A stretch of 62,981 nucleotides of DNA, counting the filler, from Octopus bimaculoides (Eukaryota), in NCBI RefSeq assembly GCF_001194135.2. It is 5 parts of 5 records of this genome, joined end to end, with 100 filler letters (N's around TTAATTAATTAA, not from the genome) between each part and the next. Parts side by side here need not be neighbours in the genome. Positions count along the whole stretch, not along the records: positions 57,178 to 62,981 come from NW_026334174.1; 4 more parts are not named here. One strand, 5' to 3'. The number at the start of each line of letters is the position of its first letter. Position 1 is the first letter of the stretch. The position numbers and the translations under genes are program-made. The notes beneath the pieces were generated by a model that was given only the letters and a program-made list of their open reading frames with translations, was not told the DNA's origin and did no database searches. This document shows positions 60,101-62,981 of the stretch, in pieces.

Positions 60101-62003
60101 GATCGTACGTACGTTCGCTCTTTCTTTCGTTCCTTCTTTTCGTCTGTTCGTTCGTAACTATGTTCGTACGTACGTTTGCTCGTTCGATAGTTCATTCGTT
60201 CGTTTGTACGTACGTACCTACGTTCGCTCGTACGTACGTACCTACGTTTGTTCGTTCGTACGTACGAATGAACGGAATAACGAGCGAACGTACGTACGAA
60301 CGAACGTAAGTAAGTAAGAATGAACGAACGTACGAACCAACGAACGTGCGAACGAAAGTATGTACTTACGAACGAACGTACGTAAGAACGAACGTTCGTT
60401 CATAGTACCTTCTTACGTACGTACTTACGTTCGTTCGGTCATTTCATCGTTTATTCGTTCGTTCTTTCGTACGTACATACGTTCGTTAGTACGTTCTGTC
60501 GTTCATTGTTTCGTTCGTAACTATGTTTGTTCGTTCGTTCATTCCTTCGTACGTACGTTCTGCCGTACGTACGTAGGTACATTCATTCGTATGCTCGTTC
60601 TTTCGTACGTACGTACTTTCATTTGATTGTTTGTTCGTACGGTATTTCTTGACTCCGTCCATACGTACGTACGTTCGTTCGTATGTACGTACGTTCATTC
60701 GCTAGTTCGTATTTTCGCACGTACGGATGTAAATTTATTTGTTCGTACGCACGTACGTTCGTACATCCGTACGTACGTTCTTTCGTTCGTACGTACGTAC
60801 CTATGTTCGCTCGGTCGTTCGTACAAACGTACCTATGTTCGCTCGGTCGTTCGTACGAACGTTTGTTCATACTTACGATCCTTCGTTCTTACGTACACAC
60901 GTACGTACGTTCGTTCATCCGTACGTACGTACTTTTTTTCGTACGTTCGTCCATTCGTTCCGTCGTTTGTTCCATCTTTCGTTAGTTCGTTTGATCGTTC
61001 AAACGTACGTTCGTTTGTTCTTTCGTGTCTCCGTCCATACGTACGTACGTGCGTTCGTTCGTACGTATGTACCAACTTTCGCTCGTTCGTTCGTACGCAC
61101 GTACTTACGCTCCTTCGTTCGTTCGTACCTACGTTCCTTCGTTCATACCTACGTTCGAACGTCCGTTCGTTCGTACGTACTTACATACGTACGTTTGTTC
61201 TTTCCTTCGTTCGTTCGTACGTACGTTTGTTCTTTCGTTCGTTCATTAGTACTTCCGTTCGTTCGTACGTACATACGTAGGTTCGTACGTACGTTCGATC
61301 GTTTGTTCGTACGTACGTTTGTTCTTTCGTTCTTACTTACGTTCATTTGCTATTTCATGCCTACGTTCGTTTATTTGTTCGTACGTACGTACTTACGTTT
61401 TCTTCGTTCATTCCTTCGTACGTACGTATGTAAGTTCGTTCTGTCGTACGTACGTAGGTACATTCATTCGTATACGCGTTTGTTCGTTCTTTTGTCCGTA
61501 CGTACGGTATTTCTTGACTCCGTCCATACGTTCGTTCGCTAGTTCGTATTTTCGCACGTACGGACGTAAGTTTATTTGTTCGTTCGTTTATTCGTATTTA
61601 CTTACATTTGTCCGTACGTACGTTCTTTCGTTCGTAAGTACGTACGTTTGTTCATTCGTTCCGACGTTTGTTCATTCGTTCCGACGTTCGTTCTTTCGTA
61701 CCTTCCTTCGTACGTACTTATCTATGTGCGCTCGGTCCTTCGTTCGTTCATTCCGTTGTTGGTATATACGTACGCACCTACGTTAGATCGTTCGTTTGTT
61801 CTTTCGTACGTAGGAACTTATGTACTTACATACGTACTACCATCGTTCGTTCGTTCTTTCCGCCGCTCGATCGTTCGTACGTACGTATTTACGATTTTTC
61901 GTTCGTACGTACGTACCTTCGTTCAAACGTACGTTCGTTTGCTCGTTCTTTCGTTCGATCATACGTACTTTTGTTTGTACGTTCGTTCCGTTGTTCGTAC
62001 GTT
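57178..62003. repeat. ~4.8-kb degenerate CpG-rich tetranucleotide satellite (TTCG/TACG/TTCA/TTTG units) with internal inversions and higher-order duplications
   Basis: Continuous 4-bp-periodic sequence; all RSFVRTYV-type ORFs are translations of it. Confidence 0.97.
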
Positions 62004-62037
62004 TTGAAAATTAGTAGCGGATTTCCTTTTGCTTTGA

Positions 62038-62362
62038 AGTTTTCACTTCCTCGTCACTGGAATAATGTTTGCCTCTCAAACCTTCTTTTATGGGGCCGAA
62101 GAGATGATAGTCCAGTGACGAGGAAGTGAAAACTGTAGTGAAGAAGTAGCTCAAAAAACAGTCAACAGAATTTTACTGGGCAGGGATACATGCTCTCATT
62201 CGAAGGTGGAACATTGCTATTGAGAGAAACGGTGACTATGTTGAGAAGTAGGGATGTGATCCACAGAAGACCAGCTTCGTTTTGATGTAGGATACATGTT
62301 CCTGTGTTGGTGATTATACCTGTCCTAAACAAAATGGCATCACTTTTTGACTTACCTTCGTA
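62038..62362 (+). mobile_element. 3' fragment of a second mariner family, with an inverted 5' piece
   Basis: Plus strand from 62111: SSDEEVKTVVKK*LKKQSTEFYWAGIHALIRRWNIAIERNGDYVEK*, then TIR ...ACTTTTTGACTTACCTTCG + TA. Minus strand 62110-62038: DYHLFGPIKEGLRGKHYSSDEEVKT. Confidence 0.92.
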
Positions 62363-62513
62363 TGATGGGCTTCTTCCAATTTCCATCCACGACACAGTTA
62401 CAAAAATACAATGAAATATCAAAACAGTAAATTAATATCTTATGATATATTGAGTACATTATAATATAGGTGGCTCATTAGCAATTAAAACCAAGAAACT
62501 AAAATGAATAAAT

Positions 62514-62630
62514 TAGGTTGCAAAATAACACCTGCAATTGCTAGAAATAAGAGCTGTGATTTAGTGTGGTTATCTGAGATATATTTTTAGCTGTTATTTC
62601 TAGCAATTGCAGGTGCTATTTTACACCCTA
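62514..62630. mobile_element. 117-bp TA-flanked MITE (Tc1/mariner type)
   Basis: 42-bp inverted arms (62514-62555 and 62589-62630, four mismatches) that begin and end with TA. Confidence 0.85.
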
Positions 62631-62644
62631 ATATATAAATACAT

Positions 62645-62674
<30 letters not shown>

Positions 62675-62675
<1 letters not shown>

Positions 62676-62981
62676 GGTGCAGGAGTGGCTTTGTGGTAAG
62701 TAGCTTGCTTACCAACCACATGGTTCCGGGTTCATTCCCACTGCGTGGCACCTTGGGCAATTGTCTTCTACTATAGCCTTGGGCCAACCAAAACCTTGTG
62801 AGTGGATCTGGTAGACGGAAACTGAAAGAAGCCCGTCGTATATATATATATATATACATACATACATATGTGTGTGTGTCTGTGTTTGTCCCCCTAGCAT
62901 TGCTTGACAACCGATGCTGGTGTGTTTATGTCCCCGTCACTTAGCGGTTCGGCAAAAGACACTGATAAAATAAGTACTAGG
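62675..62981 (+). mobile_element. SINE family B, runs off the end of the window
   Basis: GGTGCAGGAGTGGCTTTGTGGTAAG...GGCACCTTGGGCAATTGTCTT...GAAGCCCGTCG(TA)n...CTTAGCGGTTCGGCAAAAG. Confidence 0.95.

Noticed and set aside
57184-62129. Many overlapping 100-270 aa ORFs (RSFVRTYV repeats)
   Set aside because: Products of the 4-bp-periodic satellite, which is poor in stop codons; similar peptides appear in all frames.

Overview
Eukaryotic, AT-rich, gap-riddled genomic DNA. The repeat families and extreme microsatellite density look like an octopus (coleoid cephalopod) draft assembly; that is an inference. No protein-coding gene can be confidently identified. Almost all entries in the ORF track are translations of microsatellites, N-gaps or transposon relics. 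Four artificial 100-bp linkers (44 N + TTAATTAATTAA + 44 N) split the window into five pieces whose adjacency is not proven. Content: many copies of four tRNA-derived SINE families; decayed LINEs (R4/Dong-like, RTE, CR1-like, possibly Penelope-like); two mariner relics and a TA-flanked MITE; Helitron ends; an (AAT)n-embedded retroposon; and a 4.8-kb CpG-rich (TTCG/TACG) satellite. The most interesting observations are two minimal hammerhead-ribozyme motifs (one with a compensatory U3-A8 core, inside a 167-bp inverted repeat), recurrent fold-back inversions at element junctions, a CpG-depleted block, and the structured CpG satellite.
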